Origin: a virus
Virus record (IMG/VR): IMGVR_UViG_3300030104_005504
Location: 7,145 to 71,144 of that record
Direction: 5' to 3' (one strand)
Length of the DNA: 64,000 nucleotides
Of this stretch, positions 30,537-41,656 are shown piece after piece. How positions within the stretch are numbered: the stretch's first letter is position 1; each line of letters starts with the position of its first letter. The position numbers and the translations under genes are program-made. Under the pieces are notes generated by a model, which did not search any database, was not told the DNA's origin, and worked only from the letters and a program-made list of their open reading frames with translations.

Positions 30537-31379
30537 TTAATTTAATCTCTTTTCTATATTTGAATATATTTCCATACCTTCGTCAGTTTTAAACCATTGT
30601 GCTAACGCAGAATACGGATGCTCATCAAATGGGACAGTCATTAACTTTTTGTCGTTTGAAGCCCACATAAAATGTCTTTGATCACTTGATAATTTTAATA
30701 TTCTAGCTTCAGTAGCTTTAATACCAAAATTTCTAAGTTGGATATTTTCATCATTAGCTAGTTCTATGAATAACTTAGGATTTTTCTTAGCAAATAGTAA
30801 TAAATCTCTTTTTAATTCTTTAGAACTCATACTAGATACCTTAGATCCGCTTTCTACTCTCATTATAGATTCAGCCATATTAATATCCATATTCATAGCC
30901 GCATTTAAAGCTTTTAATTCTTGTTCTATAATATCAACTTGATTTGCAGCTTGAACTTTTGGTTTTAATTCAACCCAAGTTTTACCAGCTTGTGGATGGT
31001 ATTTAGACATAAGTTTTTGAAGATTAACCTTATTCTTCTTAACATGTAATATTCCTGATCTAAATATAATGTGAGATAATCTTTGATCACCTTTCATTTC
31101 ATCTACAAAAACTGTTCTTTGATTTTCACAGTATTTCAATTCTCTTTCGTAACCCTTTTCTTCATCAAACCAATATATATTTGTAGCTTTAATAGATTTG
31201 CTTAGTGGTTTTGTACCATTTCTTAACACGTAAGTTCTATCTTTTATTTCCCATTCATCTCTCTTTGGTTTGGGTTTAACTTCTTTTACTTTAGGAGTTT
31301 CAACCACCGGTTCTTCCATAACAACCGTTTCTTCAACTACAGGTTCTTCAACTATAGTTTCTTTCTTTTTCTTTGCCAT
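30537..31379 (-). CDS. conserved capsid-region protein
   Basis: WEIKDRTYVL, RELKYCENQ, ELKRDLLLFA; directly downstream of the MCP. Confidence 0.65.
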   Translation of the reverse strand: MAKKKKETIVEEPVVEETVVMEEPVVETPKVKEVKPKPKRDEWEIKDRTYVLRNGTKPLSKSIKATNIYWFDEEKGYERELKYCENQRTVFVDEMKGDQRLSHIIFRSGILHVKKNKVNLQKLMSKYHPQAGKTWVELKPKVQAANQVDIIEQELKALNAAMNMDINMAESIMRVESGSKVSSMSSKELKRDLLLFAKKNPKLFIELANDENIQLRNFGIKATEARILKLSSDQRHFMWASNDKKLMTVPFDEHPYSALAQWFKTDEGMEIYSNIEKRLN

Positions 31380-31402
31380 AATATAATATAATAAAAATTA
31401 AT

Positions 31403-31436
31403 AAAAAAATAGAGGCAGCATTTAGCTGCCCCTATC
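31403..31436 (-). terminator. rho-independent terminator after the major capsid gene
   Basis: Minus strand ATAGGGGCAGC-TAAAT-GCTGCCTCTAT followed by a T run. Confidence 0.8.
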
Positions 31437-31448
31437 TTCAACTAAGTA

Positions 31449-32909
31449 CTAGTTCAATAACATAAAGTTATTAGCACCTTGTACAACCATGCATCTTTCT
31501 GATAAGAAGTTAACTTGCATTGCATCTAATTTAGATGTAACTGCACCAACAGATCCAGTGATCCAAGTCTTCATTCTTCTACTCTCCATTTGAGAAGCTC
31601 TATAACGAACGTGTAGGAAAGGTCTTTTCATATTCTTTCCTAAACTTTCATCATAAACCGAAGAAACACCAGCAGGTACCATTATACCTCTAATGTCTTC
31701 ACCAGCAGTAGCAGCAGCATTAATACCACCTCTAGTAGCCAAGTCATTTAGATATTTCCAATCGGATTTGTAGAAGTCATAAGAACCTCTTCTAAATCCT
31801 GAGAAACCTAAGTTTAATGCCATATCTTCGTCGTTGTCAAATACTCCATAAGAAGTACCACCAGCTCCGTAAGAATTCATTGAAGCAAGCATATCGTCTA
31901 TTGCAAGAGCAGTTGCTCTGTTTACAAACATCATGTTTTCTTCGATAGCACCATTCTTATCAAACTCAGCTAAGATAGCATCAAATTCAGCTAAATCAGT
32001 AGCAGCGTTAACACCTGTTACACCAGATGACTGATGTCCTCTAGTTTTAACAGCTGAGAATAAACCTTCTGTACCAACCAAACCGTTAGCACCACCTAAA
32101 ATAGTAGAATCATCATGAGCTTTTTCAGACTCAATACATACCATTTCTAAGTAATCAGAGAAACGAGCTCTTGTATCACCCTCTGCTTTTAGATACCAGT
32201 AGTAACCATTTTGTCCGTCTTCACCGCTTACTTCAACCCAACCGATTTGTGCAGCATCAGATCCCGATACTTCGTATAAATCTTTTAATATAATTGGCTT
32301 GTTAGTAAAAGTTGTGAACGAAGGTTCGTTAGCAGCGCTTCTACCATCTGTTCCTTTGCTAAATTCAGATCCAAATACTAATATAGTACAAGTGTCATCA
32401 CCATCAACAAAATTCATATTAGTTAAGTGAGCTGCGCCATAAGGTAGAACTGTTATATAGTTATTTGACGATGTTGCGCCACTACCTGATGAATCTAAAT
32501 CAACAGCCGTTACACGACCAGTTACTGTTTGACCACCACCAGCTAATAGTACCATATCACCAACTCTTATTCCATGACTTGTTCCTAACGTAAACGCCGA
32601 TCCACTTTCATCGATATCGTTGGTAATTTTTACTAAACTTGTTGCAGCAGTTTGAATTTCACATTTATAAGATAGATGTAATCTACCTTGTTCTGACCAA
32701 ATAACTTGATCAGCTGACATAGCTTCTTCTGCACCTACTTGAGCAAGAAAACCTGAGATAGTTCTTTTACCGAACACCTCAGCTTCTTTCTCCATTAAGT
32801 CTGGAAGATACTGTGCCGCCCATCCAGAGTTCTGGATGTCTAAGTAATTATCAGATAAAGTTGCTTGTACTGAAGCAGCTCTAGTCTGAGATCCTGGAGT
32901 AATTGCCAT
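31449..32909 (-). CDS. major capsid protein
   Basis: QYLPDL, WSEQGRLH, NKPIILKD, LNLGFSGFRRGSYDFYK, FLSERC; follows the scaffold and has its own terminator. Confidence 0.85.
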   Translation of the reverse strand: MAITPGSQTRAASVQATLSDNYLDIQNSGWAAQYLPDLMEKEAEVFGKRTISGFLAQVGAEEAMSADQVIWSEQGRLHLSYKCEIQTAATSLVKITNDIDESGSAFTLGTSHGIRVGDMVLLAGGGQTVTGRVTAVDLDSSGSGATSSNNYITVLPYGAAHLTNMNFVDGDDTCTILVFGSEFSKGTDGRSAANEPSFTTFTNKPIILKDLYEVSGSDAAQIGWVEVSGEDGQNGYYWYLKAEGDTRARFSDYLEMVCIESEKAHDDSTILGGANGLVGTEGLFSAVKTRGHQSSGVTGVNAATDLAEFDAILAEFDKNGAIEENMMFVNRATALAIDDMLASMNSYGAGGTSYGVFDNDEDMALNLGFSGFRRGSYDFYKSDWKYLNDLATRGGINAAATAGEDIRGIMVPAGVSSVYDESLGKNMKRPFLHVRYRASQMESRRMKTWITGSVGAVTSKLDAMQVNFLSERCMVVQGANNFMLLN

Positions 32910-32931
32910 AATTAATTTGTTTTAAATATTT

Positions 32932-34167
32932 TTAATTCTTTTTTCTAATTTTAAAGGATCTATTTTTTATATCAGAAGAAGTATTACCCAGCACTCTATA
33001 CTTAACACCCCCAACATTTGTTTCGCCGTGAGTTTGTCTAGGTTCAAGATTAATATTTTTATCTTTAGCAACTCTTGTTTTAATCGCGTCAGCTTTACCT
33101 TGTTCATAAAAATGACTAGCAATAGCATCAGCATTCATAGCGGTAAATAAAGATTTGTGATAACCTTTAGCGTCTTCAATAGTTGAATTATCTTCACTAA
33201 CAAATTTGTTAACGAAATTATTAATATCACTTTGATTAGCTTTTACTTTATCAACATCTTTAACATTAAACCGATATTTCTTATCTCCAACATTGTATTC
33301 AAAACCTTTGAATTCTTTATTAAAAACATTATCAGTTTTTTGCTTGAACTTTAATTTACTTGCTTCAGATAATTTCTTCTGTTCTTCAGATTCCTTATTG
33401 TATCTATTAAAAAAATCAATAGCCTTTTGTTGATCTTGGGTCAACTTTGACCCAGCTTTGATATCTTCATAGTATTTAGACTTTTGCCCGTCTAGATAGG
33501 CTTTAGCCTCGGCAACTTGCTCTTTTAAGGCTATTTTCTTTTTACGTATTGCTCTTTCGTCGTCTACATCTTCATCCACACCAAATGTGTCTTCTAATAA
33601 GAAGCCTCTTTCTTCAGCTGTTAAATGAGATTTAGTAGCTCTATAGTATTCATCTAATACTTCAGAGTCGTCCATTTTAGTTACGTCTCTATTTAGTTTC
33701 ACGTAGTCTTGTATGTCACCACCTGTTTCATCCATAAAGTCTATTAACTTTTGTATATTTTCTGGAAGTGGTTTTCCAGTTGTCTCTGATTCTGCTATAG
33801 CTTCTTCTATTTTTTCTTCAACAACTTCAGGTTCTTTAAGATCCTCCATCGTGATTTCTTCTATAACAGGTTGTTCTTCTTCTTTAGTTTCCTCTACTAT
33901 TTCTTCCTTAACTTCTTCAACAACTTCACTTTCTTTTTCTTCAACTACGTCATTATTTTCTTCTACGGATTGCTCCTCAACTTCTTCACTTTGATCTGGT
34001 AGTGGTTTACTTAAATCTACTTTAACAACACTATCGTCGCCAGCACTTGCAAACTTAGATTTAAATTGTCCCTTTTCGTCTCGTGGTTGCTCCGCTTTAT
34101 TTTCTACAACCTCTTCAGTGGGTTGCTCAGTGACTTCTTCAATCACATCTTTATTTTCTTCTGCCAT
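32932..34167 (-). CDS. capsid scaffolding protein
   Basis: Very acidic N-terminus, LPENIQKL..FMDETGG, HFYEQGKADA; between portal and MCP. Confidence 0.7.
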   Translation of the reverse strand: MAEENKDVIEEVTEQPTEEVVENKAEQPRDEKGQFKSKFASAGDDSVVKVDLSKPLPDQSEEVEEQSVEENNDVVEEKESEVVEEVKEEIVEETKEEEQPVIEEITMEDLKEPEVVEEKIEEAIAESETTGKPLPENIQKLIDFMDETGGDIQDYVKLNRDVTKMDDSEVLDEYYRATKSHLTAEERGFLLEDTFGVDEDVDDERAIRKKKIALKEQVAEAKAYLDGQKSKYYEDIKAGSKLTQDQQKAIDFFNRYNKESEEQKKLSEASKLKFKQKTDNVFNKEFKGFEYNVGDKKYRFNVKDVDKVKANQSDINNFVNKFVSEDNSTIEDAKGYHKSLFTAMNADAIASHFYEQGKADAIKTRVAKDKNINLEPRQTHGETNVGGVKYRVLGNTSSDIKNRSFKIRKKN

Positions 34168-34201
34168 AATAAAATTTTATAAAATATTAAAAATTAGGTG
34201 A

Positions 34202-36595
34202 TTACAAGTTTAAACCAGCATCTCCCGTTAGTATATCATTACCTGATGATTCAAATTTATTAAGAGAATTACCCTTATTTCTTTGATCTATCATATCTTT
34301 TTGATGAGCAGCCTGTCTGTCTACTCTATCATCTTTTCTATCTTCTCTTTTAGATTCGTTACGTTCTGTAATCTCTCTTTCCATTCCTTTTAATTGAGAG
34401 TTTAACTCAAACTCTAATTGCATTAATTCTTTCTTAGATTGAACTTCTTCTTGTAGATATTTTATTTTTAACTCATTTTTTGTTTGCTCTAATTGAGCAT
34501 CGGTTTGAGCTTTAGCTTGATTCTTTTGAACCTCCATTTGAGCAGCTGCCTGTTGTTGTTGAGCATTTGCTTGAGCTTGAGCTTGAATATTTTGTTGCTG
34601 TATCTGCTGATCTCTTTGCAGTTTATTTTTTCTTTTTATTTTTAATAACTGATTAGCTAGTTTTATATTTCTAACATCTCTAAGATCAATAGCATCATCT
34701 AAGTCAATAGATTTTTGAGCCAACGCTTGTTGTATATTATTTTCTAATATAGCTTTTTCTTCTTCATCTGGTAGCATTTCTATGAATATACCAAAATCAT
34801 GAAGATGTAAATTTTTCATTTCTTCTAATGTAGCCACATTATGAGCGCCCACAGCTTGAATAAAAGCTTCTTTTGTTGGTGAATATTCTACTATATCAGC
34901 TATTCTTAGAGATAAGCATTCTGCTGTTTCAGCTGTTAAGTATAACATTGATTGCAATATATGTCTAGTAGCTGTATTAGAATTTGCAGCAGCTAGTTTT
35001 TGAACACCAACTAAAGCATTAGCGTCAGGCATACTACCATCTCTAGCTTCATTTAATCCAGTCACATCCCTTATCATCTGCATGTAATAATTATAAGTTG
35101 TAATTAAACTTTGTATCTTATTACCTCCAGCCCCATTTTGTATTTGCTGAATTGGTACTTTACCTGGATTTTGATCTCCTTCAGATGTAAAACTTCTACC
35201 AATAACACTACCAGTTTGGAAGAACATGTTTAAGGCTTCTTGCGGATTGTAGTTTGTTCCATTACCAAGATCAACCTCAGCTAAACCATCAGCATCTAAA
35301 AATACTCCATCAGGAACCATTCGAGCCATTACTTGTTGCAACTTTAAGTGTGTTAGTTGAATCATGTCAGCAAAACCAGTTATTCTACCAACAAGAGATT
35401 CTATTCTACCCTCATACATTCTAGGTGCTACTATCTGGTAATTCATCTTAACTGATTTAAAGTCTGAATCAGATCTCATCATGTTGTCACACATTTTCCA
35501 TCTTAATAATTTATCACAACCAGGTAAGTAAACTCCTTCATATAAAGTTTCAACAACTCTTTCTAATTTACTAAATTCCCCATCCATACTTTCTATAGGT
35601 GGATTAAACGTGTCATCTTTTTGTATTACTCTTTCTGCTCCAGTAGATAATTTTTTTAATTTATAAACATCATTCATGTGAGTCTTGTAATTAAAATATA
35701 AAACTTCTATTTTATTTTTATCAGTATCACTTCTATATTTAGCTCTACTTGAAGCTGTTTGTCCAGAGTTATCTGTTATTTCTTTTATCTCCTCTTCAGT
35801 TAAATGTTCAAACTCTTTAACTAATTCATTTATTGGAATCTCTTTTACTTCACCAATATAATATATATCATCAAAATACGGTGAATCAGTATGTGACCAC
35901 ACTAAATTAACTGGATCAACGTATTTGCTTTTTGCACCATCAGCCCAATCAAATGTTGTCTTTGTTGCTGCTATACCTATAGTAGTTAAATCATATAAGC
36001 ATCTTCTTCTAACAAGATCATAATCACTATTTTCTAATAATACATTTATAGCTTGTTCTTCAGCTACTTCTACAGCTTGTTTGTATGTAAGTTGCATATG
36101 CAATGCTAGTTCCTCTTCTGTATCAGGTAATATGTCTGGATCATTTTCATACAAATCTATATCAAAGTTAGCTTTTGCTGCATCAATGAAATCTTTAGCC
36201 CTCATATCTCTAAGCATAGATTCCATATACTCTGTTCTTTTGCTTACCCCATAAGAATCCTGAGAGAAAGCGTTTATTTCATAGGATCTTTGTGCCATAC
36301 CATTAACAACAATATCCACGAACTTGGGAATAATAGGAACGGGTTTCCAGTCTAAATTTAAATAAGATAAATCACCATTAATAGATAATTCATTTTTATA
36401 TTTTTGTATTGATTGTTCACCTCTGGCGTACAATCTCAATTGATGAAACTTAGTTAATTGATCATCAAATTTAGACGTTGTTCCAGTGAACCATTCTTGT
36501 TTTATAGCTTTAGCTACTTTTAAACCATAATCATCACTTAGTTTTTCTAAATCACTAACTGCTTGTGATGGAAAGTTTATAACAGACTCTGTCAT
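34202..36595 (-). CDS. portal protein
   Basis: LRLYARGEQS, SYLNLDWKPVPIIPKFVDIVVNG, TGLNEARDG, Gln-rich C-terminal coil; next to TerL. Confidence 0.88.
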   Translation of the reverse strand: MTESVINFPSQAVSDLEKLSDDYGLKVAKAIKQEWFTGTTSKFDDQLTKFHQLRLYARGEQSIQKYKNELSINGDLSYLNLDWKPVPIIPKFVDIVVNGMAQRSYEINAFSQDSYGVSKRTEYMESMLRDMRAKDFIDAAKANFDIDLYENDPDILPDTEEELALHMQLTYKQAVEVAEEQAINVLLENSDYDLVRRRCLYDLTTIGIAATKTTFDWADGAKSKYVDPVNLVWSHTDSPYFDDIYYIGEVKEIPINELVKEFEHLTEEEIKEITDNSGQTASSRAKYRSDTDKNKIEVLYFNYKTHMNDVYKLKKLSTGAERVIQKDDTFNPPIESMDGEFSKLERVVETLYEGVYLPGCDKLLRWKMCDNMMRSDSDFKSVKMNYQIVAPRMYEGRIESLVGRITGFADMIQLTHLKLQQVMARMVPDGVFLDADGLAEVDLGNGTNYNPQEALNMFFQTGSVIGRSFTSEGDQNPGKVPIQQIQNGAGGNKIQSLITTYNYYMQMIRDVTGLNEARDGSMPDANALVGVQKLAAANSNTATRHILQSMLYLTAETAECLSLRIADIVEYSPTKEAFIQAVGAHNVATLEEMKNLHLHDFGIFIEMLPDEEEKAILENNIQQALAQKSIDLDDAIDLRDVRNIKLANQLLKIKRKNKLQRDQQIQQQNIQAQAQANAQQQQAAAQMEVQKNQAKAQTDAQLEQTKNELKIKYLQEEVQSKKELMQLEFELNSQLKGMEREITERNESKREDRKDDRVDRQAAHQKDMIDQRNKGNSLNKFESSGNDILTGDAGLNL

Positions 36596-38826
36596 ACTTT
36601 ATTCTTTATTATTGTTGATTGAAATCCTTTGTTATTATATTTGGATATATTGAGGTTTAATTGTGTTGGTTTTTTATCTTGATTTGGTTTATATAAATGT
36701 CTATTACAAGCCATTATTGCTAATCCCGAACTTATTGAAGCATCATGTTTAGTTCTTTTGTTTATATCAAATCTAGACCAATCATTTAGTGTATCATTAA
36801 AATACATGTCACCATAACTTCCATCCTCACCTAAACCAACATGGTCGTTAATATACATTTCAATAGCAGCAGCATGAGCCTGTTTTATATCTTCACTTGA
36901 GTTTGGTATTCCACCAACTTCTTTTTCTGCAACTGATAGTTTATTCCAAATTTTATCTGGTCTATTCATGCTAAATTTTCTATAACCTCTTCTTCTTAGG
37001 TAATATAGTAATCTTGGTTTATTGTTCTCCGCTAGTAACGGCATACCATAAAATACCAATGCCATTAAAACGTCTTCAAAAAATATCTCAGCTGTTTGAG
37101 GTCTAGCTATATATTCTAAAAAGAACGTGTTGGCTGGAGCATCTTCCATTGAAAATTTAGTTAAACCGTGTAAAGCTCCTTTCGATCCAGTACCATCAAC
37201 TGTCCCAGATATATCATATGAGTCACATCCGAAAGCACCCATATGTTCATTGCCTGGATATTTTACGCCATTTTTTAAAATGACGTTGTTTTGCAATCTT
37301 TGACTTGGAACCCAACTTATTTTAAACCTACCGTTTGGATCTGGATTAAAAGTAACTTGTGTGTCTTTAACTCCATTAAACCATTGAAAGTTTCCAGTAG
37401 TTAATACAGACGAGTTTCTATTTCCTTCGTTATAGTCTATTTGCTCGTATATTTTTATAAGATTAAATAAACTATTTTTAGTCTCATCTCTAAAGGCGTG
37501 TTCTTCAGTTCTTGGAAACTGACGATAAAATTCATTTAAAGCATCTTGATCATCTTTCAAACCCTCAGCTTCATTTTCCCAGTGATCTATTACACCATAA
37601 TCTATATCTACTCCATGGGGATCTTGCTTGTGTCTTTTAGGAGTATCAAACACGGGTTGTCCATATTCATCAATAAATCCCTCGTAGTTCCATTCCATAG
37701 GGATAAACAAAGAATATAATCCTGACTTAGTCTGTCCATTGCGATTTCGTTTTGTGACATCTGAATTATAGTATAAATTTTTAAAGTTATCACCTCCTTT
37801 ATCTAACGCGTTACTTGTACTACCCATCATACATTTGCCTATAATCCTACTACCTAATCGTAAACAAGTTTTTGTAACTCTCCAGTTATTTTTTATATTA
37901 TCAGGTCTCTCCCACTTACCACTTTCATCATGTACTAATAGAGAAAGTTTTTCACCGTCATAACTATTATCACCTGTATTTTTCCAATCAATAGTAGTAT
38001 CAAGACCTTCCATATCATCTTGTTCCTCTCTTTCCCTCATTTTTTTACGAGTAAATTTTTTAGCAGGAACTCTATACGCTAGTTCAGACTTTGGTCGGTC
38101 CATACCATCTTGTATTGGTTTAAAGAAGAATGGATAATTAATACTAATCGGCACCACCTTGTCTGTAAACATCTTTTTAGCGTCAGCACCCGTTTTAGAT
38201 AATATACCAAATCTACTATCACTTGCTAGTGTTGCTTGATGTACTGTTTCAGCTGAACTCATAAAAGAAAAACCAGAACGTCTATTTTTTAAATAACACA
38301 TTCCATAACTTCTATTATCAGCTTTGCAACCTTCCCAAAATATAAAGAATAATCTATTCGCCTCTCTAAAGTCAGGAGCACCAACATCAATTTTACTCCA
38401 CTGTAAATACATGTAGTGAGTTCCCGTTATGTATGTTGGTTTACCATTGTTCATAAACCAAAAACCCTCCTCTCTTCTTCTAAACTCTTCATCTATATAT
38501 CCATAGTGTTTCTCTTTAAAATCATCAGGATACTCTTGCCAATCAAATACAGTTTTAATTCTTTTAAACTCAGGATTAGTTGGAAACTGTCTCCATTTCT
38601 GTTCCGATTTATTTTTACTACAAGAGTATACTTCTTTTGGTTGTTTTGGTAGTGCTATTCTAAAACCTTGTATTTCAAGTATTTCACCTATCATACCCGT
38701 TTTAGATATCACCACAATATCATTTTCCTTGTTATAACCGTATTTCCATTTTTTAGATTTGTTAAGTCTTTTAATGGTATTTAATTTTATAGGCTCTACA
38801 ACCTTATATAATGTTTGTTTATACAT
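36592..38826 (-). CDS. terL: terminase large subunit
   Basis: KNRRSGFS Walker A region, LLVHDESGKW Walker B, MMGST, nuclease GCDSYD...HDASIS. Confidence 0.92.
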   Translation of the reverse strand: MYKQTLYKVVEPIKLNTIKRLNKSKKWKYGYNKENDIVVISKTGMIGEILEIQGFRIALPKQPKEVYSCSKNKSEQKWRQFPTNPEFKRIKTVFDWQEYPDDFKEKHYGYIDEEFRRREEGFWFMNNGKPTYITGTHYMYLQWSKIDVGAPDFREANRLFFIFWEGCKADNRSYGMCYLKNRRSGFSFMSSAETVHQATLASDSRFGILSKTGADAKKMFTDKVVPISINYPFFFKPIQDGMDRPKSELAYRVPAKKFTRKKMREREEQDDMEGLDTTIDWKNTGDNSYDGEKLSLLVHDESGKWERPDNIKNNWRVTKTCLRLGSRIIGKCMMGSTSNALDKGGDNFKNLYYNSDVTKRNRNGQTKSGLYSLFIPMEWNYEGFIDEYGQPVFDTPKRHKQDPHGVDIDYGVIDHWENEAEGLKDDQDALNEFYRQFPRTEEHAFRDETKNSLFNLIKIYEQIDYNEGNRNSSVLTTGNFQWFNGVKDTQVTFNPDPNGRFKISWVPSQRLQNNVILKNGVKYPGNEHMGAFGCDSYDISGTVDGTGSKGALHGLTKFSMEDAPANTFFLEYIARPQTAEIFFEDVLMALVFYGMPLLAENNKPRLLYYLRRRGYRKFSMNRPDKIWNKLSVAEKEVGGIPNSSEDIKQAHAAAIEMYINDHVGLGEDGSYGDMYFNDTLNDWSRFDINKRTKHDASISSGLAIMACNRHLYKPNQDKKPTQLNLNISKYNNKGFQSTIIKNKV

Positions 38827-39101
38827 TATTTAGATCTCCCTTCTGCGAATCCTTTAAAAGCAGTTTTCTTTTCTTCTTCTATCGGTCTTCCCTCAAGCAT
38901 TGCTTCTTCCTCGTGAATCCTATTTAATATTTCAAAAGCATCGAATATAGCTAACTTCTTTGTAGCTGCTGCATTCTTTAATCTATCAGCTGATATATCT
39001 TCGTCTGAATCAACTATTTCTTCTCTAGCAACTTTAATTAGTTCTTCAACCGCCTTGTGCCCAGCTTGGATTATATTCTTCTTCGTTTCCTTGATATTCA
39101 T
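38826..39101 (-). CDS. putative terminase small subunit
   Basis: 91 aa directly upstream of TerL; ADRLKNAAATKKLAIFDAFEIL, ends GFAEGRSK. Confidence 0.65.
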   Translation of the reverse strand: MNIKETKKNIIQAGHKAVEELIKVAREEIVDSDEDISADRLKNAAATKKLAIFDAFEILNRIHEEEAMLEGRPIEEEKKTAFKGFAEGRSK

Positions 39102-39624
39102 ATTTAATTGTAATAAATTTATTCATAACCCTATACAATCTCTCTCCGTTGATAACAAACTCATATTCACTACCTGGACGAAATCCAATAAGTTCTCTTT
39201 TGTTAAATGTTCCATCAGAATACTTAATAATACCTACTAATGGTCTTTCTTCTTCAATATTAAAATTATCATTACTTTCTAAAGGTTTAACGAAACTATA
39301 ACCAGGCATAGCTTTTCTGTTATATAAAAATATTTGATCTTCAGTAACTAGATACTGATCTTCTTTCCAATAAGATCTACTATTTTTCTCTCTACCTTTA
39401 ACATCATGCCATCTTCTAAAAATATTATGATGCACTATTACTTCATCACCCACATTAATAGGTGATTGAAATAATAGTGGAGTAGCGATTACTTTTGCTA
39501 ATCTATTTACATACTGATGATTGAATACTTCAGTATTAAGTATAAGTTCTTTTTCACCAACTTTTGTAGAGTTATTATATCTTTGGCCTATTGGTGATAC
39601 TATAAAATCTTTATAAGCTTTCAT
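39046..39624 (-). CDS. GroES-like fold protein (possibly tandem domain)
   Basis: AKVIATP...INVGDEVIVHHN and FVKP...GIIKY...YEFVINGERLYRV resemble two Cpn10-like halves. Confidence 0.5.
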   Translation of the reverse strand: MKAYKDFIVSPIGQRYNNSTKVGEKELILNTEVFNHQYVNRLAKVIATPLLFQSPINVGDEVIVHHNIFRRWHDVKGREKNSRSYWKEDQYLVTEDQIFLYNRKAMPGYSFVKPLESNDNFNIEEERPLVGIIKYSDGTFNKRELIGFRPGSEYEFVINGERLYRVMNKFITIKYEYQGNEEEYNPSWAQGG

Positions 39625-39848
39625 TAGTACTCTAAGTTATACTCAATTGATATAGCCATGTTTTTATTAAAATCTTTCCAAGGTATAACTACTTCTCCTT
39701 TTCTAATATAAATACAGTATTTATCTTCTTCTTCTATTATATCACAGATTTGATGCCCGCCGTAAACCTCTTGATCTACAGCGTAGTGCATCGAATCGTT
39801 TTTGTAGTCTTTACCTATAGTTATCTTTCTAATGATATTACTTTTCAT
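39624..39848 (-). CDS. conserved hypothetical phage protein
   Basis: IRKITIGKDYKNDSMHYAV.QEVYGGH...WKDFNKNMAISIEY; coupled ORF. Confidence 0.7.
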   Translation of the reverse strand: MKSNIIRKITIGKDYKNDSMHYAVDQEVYGGHQICDIIEEEDKYCIYIRKGEVVIPWKDFNKNMAISIEYNLEY

Positions 39849-40128
39849 CTTTATTGTCCTCTTCTTCTTTAGGCCAATTTATTGTTCCATCTTGTAAGTT
39901 AACATCAAAAGTTCCATACTCTTTTTTTAATGTATCCTGAAAAACACTTATTCTATCTTGAGTCATTGTGAACCTATGTAGTAATTCGTGTTTTTGTGTT
40001 GATATTTTACCTATGTTAAATTGAATAGTATTTATAGCATTTACTAAATTTTGCATATGCTGTAAATGTTCATCTGAAATTTTTTCTGCTTTTACTTTTA
40101 ATTCAACTTCTTTTTCTTTATTTGCCAT
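39838..40128 (-). CDS. coiled-coil hypothetical protein
   Basis: Ends LKKEYG..DVNLQDGTI. Confidence 0.65.
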   Translation of the reverse strand: MANKEKEVELKVKAEKISDEHLQHMQNLVNAINTIQFNIGKISTQKHELLHRFTMTQDRISVFQDTLKKEYGTFDVNLQDGTINWPKEEEDNKDEK

Positions 40129-40165
40129 TTTATTTAATTTTATTTAGTTATTGTTTAGTTATTGT

Positions 40166-41314
40166 TTATGCTAGTCCATATTTTTCATATAGACTAAGTA
40201 ATACTGTTGTTATTTCATCGTTTGCTAAAGCACCTTTATATGCTATTATTTCATAAAATTCACCTCCAAAACCACTTCCAGGTTGAGAAGCGTCTGGTCC
40301 ATTCCATTCTCTACCTATTTCAAAACTACCTGTTTTAAACTCAACACTTGTTGCGGTTGGGGATGTCATATTTGGCTGTTGGCCATCTGAGCTAGAGAAC
40401 AAATGTGATGTATTAGTACCAGCTTCAAATTTGCCCATTAAAACTGTGATACCAGTAGTAACTGTCGCCGCATCACCAACAGTTGTGGTTCCATTACTGT
40501 TTGATCCTGATAATTTAAAATATGCTGTACCACCACCCAATCCACTTCCAGCTGTATAAGCTTCGAAGTTTGCTGAACTACCAACAGCGTTGTTTAATTT
40601 CCAATGATGCATCTTAGCACTACCACTAGGATTTGCTGTGTCTGGTTTTATAACCCAAAAAAAGGTTATATCACTAGTGTTTATAGTTGATAAAGAAAAG
40701 GTATTAGCATAATCACCACTTTGTCCATTAGTTAAAAATGGAGTATATTGACTACCATCAACAGCATCATCATCAAGAAGTCCACTATGTGGAGCATATA
40801 AATTCACACCAAGTAAACCCACGCCTCCACCATGACCTCTGCTATCCCAATCATAATAAGAATTAGACATTAGACCTTCACCAAAACCACCCATTCCAGT
40901 TCTATCAAACTCTGCATAACTATGACCATTAACTCCATTCAATTTAAATGTAGGAGCGCTAATTCCCCCATCTCCATTTGGTCCTATTATTGATAAACCT
41001 GAACCACCTGGAGAAGGATCTACTGTAGCACCTCTCCATGCTCTTAAGAAATAACCTAATCCATGTGCGCGATTAGGTCCGTTTTCGTAACCAAGAAGAT
41101 GAAACATCTTGTTATCTATTCTACCAATTCTCTCGTCTTTAGCTATAGTTTTAGTACCAGAGTTATTTTTGTAAACTGTTGATTGATCAGTAAAATCATA
41201 CCAAGCAACAAGAGGGTGATTAGTAGAGTCATGCAAAGAAATCACGGTGTTATAGTGATTAGACTTTAATGCTCTATTAGAAGCCTGTGGTAATCCTGTT
41301 GGTAAAGATAACAT
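40166..41314 (-). CDS. virion surface protein with possible LamG/concanavalin-like domain
   Basis: LVAWYDFTD N-terminus; IG...FGGEFYEIIAYKGAL...I...L.EKYG C-terminus. Confidence 0.55.
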   Translation of the reverse strand: MLSLPTGLPQASNRALKSNHYNTVISLHDSTNHPLVAWYDFTDQSTVYKNNSGTKTIAKDERIGRIDNKMFHLLGYENGPNRAHGLGYFLRAWRGATVDPSPGGSGLSIIGPNGDGGISAPTFKLNGVNGHSYAEFDRTGMGGFGEGLMSNSYYDWDSRGHGGGVGLLGVNLYAPHSGLLDDDAVDGSQYTPFLTNGQSGDYANTFSLSTINTSDITFFWVIKPDTANPSGSAKMHHWKLNNAVGSSANFEAYTAGSGLGGGTAYFKLSGSNSNGTTTVGDAATVTTGITVLMGKFEAGTNTSHLFSSSDGQQPNMTSPTATSVEFKTGSFEIGREWNGPDASQPGSGFGGEFYEIIAYKGALANDEITTVLLSLYEKYGLA

Positions 41315-41643
41315 TAGTCTCCATAATAAAGTATAGCAGCACCTTGACTTAATTCTATTTTAGTCCATCTACCATATATTGTTATACCAGCTGGAAATGT
41401 CTCATCAGTAGGTACAACTTGACTACCAGCTCCATTTGCATCAACATCTGCATCACCAAAATAAGCTACACCTCCATCAAGATTACTTCTATCAGCCGAT
41501 AACTCTTCAAACTTACAATCTACAACAACCGTTATGGCTACTATCACTTTTCCAGTAGGTGGAGTTACCTCGTCACCATTAGTAGTATAACCACTACCTA
41601 GTTGTCCAAATCCATATTGTGTTGCGTTGTCTTTATAACCCAT
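41314..41643 (-). CDS. small virion protein (paralog of 41657..42247)
   Basis: PPTGKVIVAI ... FPAGITIYGRW ... ILYYGD. Confidence 0.65.
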   Translation of the reverse strand: MGYKDNATQYGFGQLGSGYTTNGDEVTPPTGKVIVAITVVVDCKFEELSADRSNLDGGVAYFGDADVDANGAGSQVVPTDETFPAGITIYGRWTKIELSQGAAILYYGD

Positions 41644-41656
41644 AATTTAAGTTTTA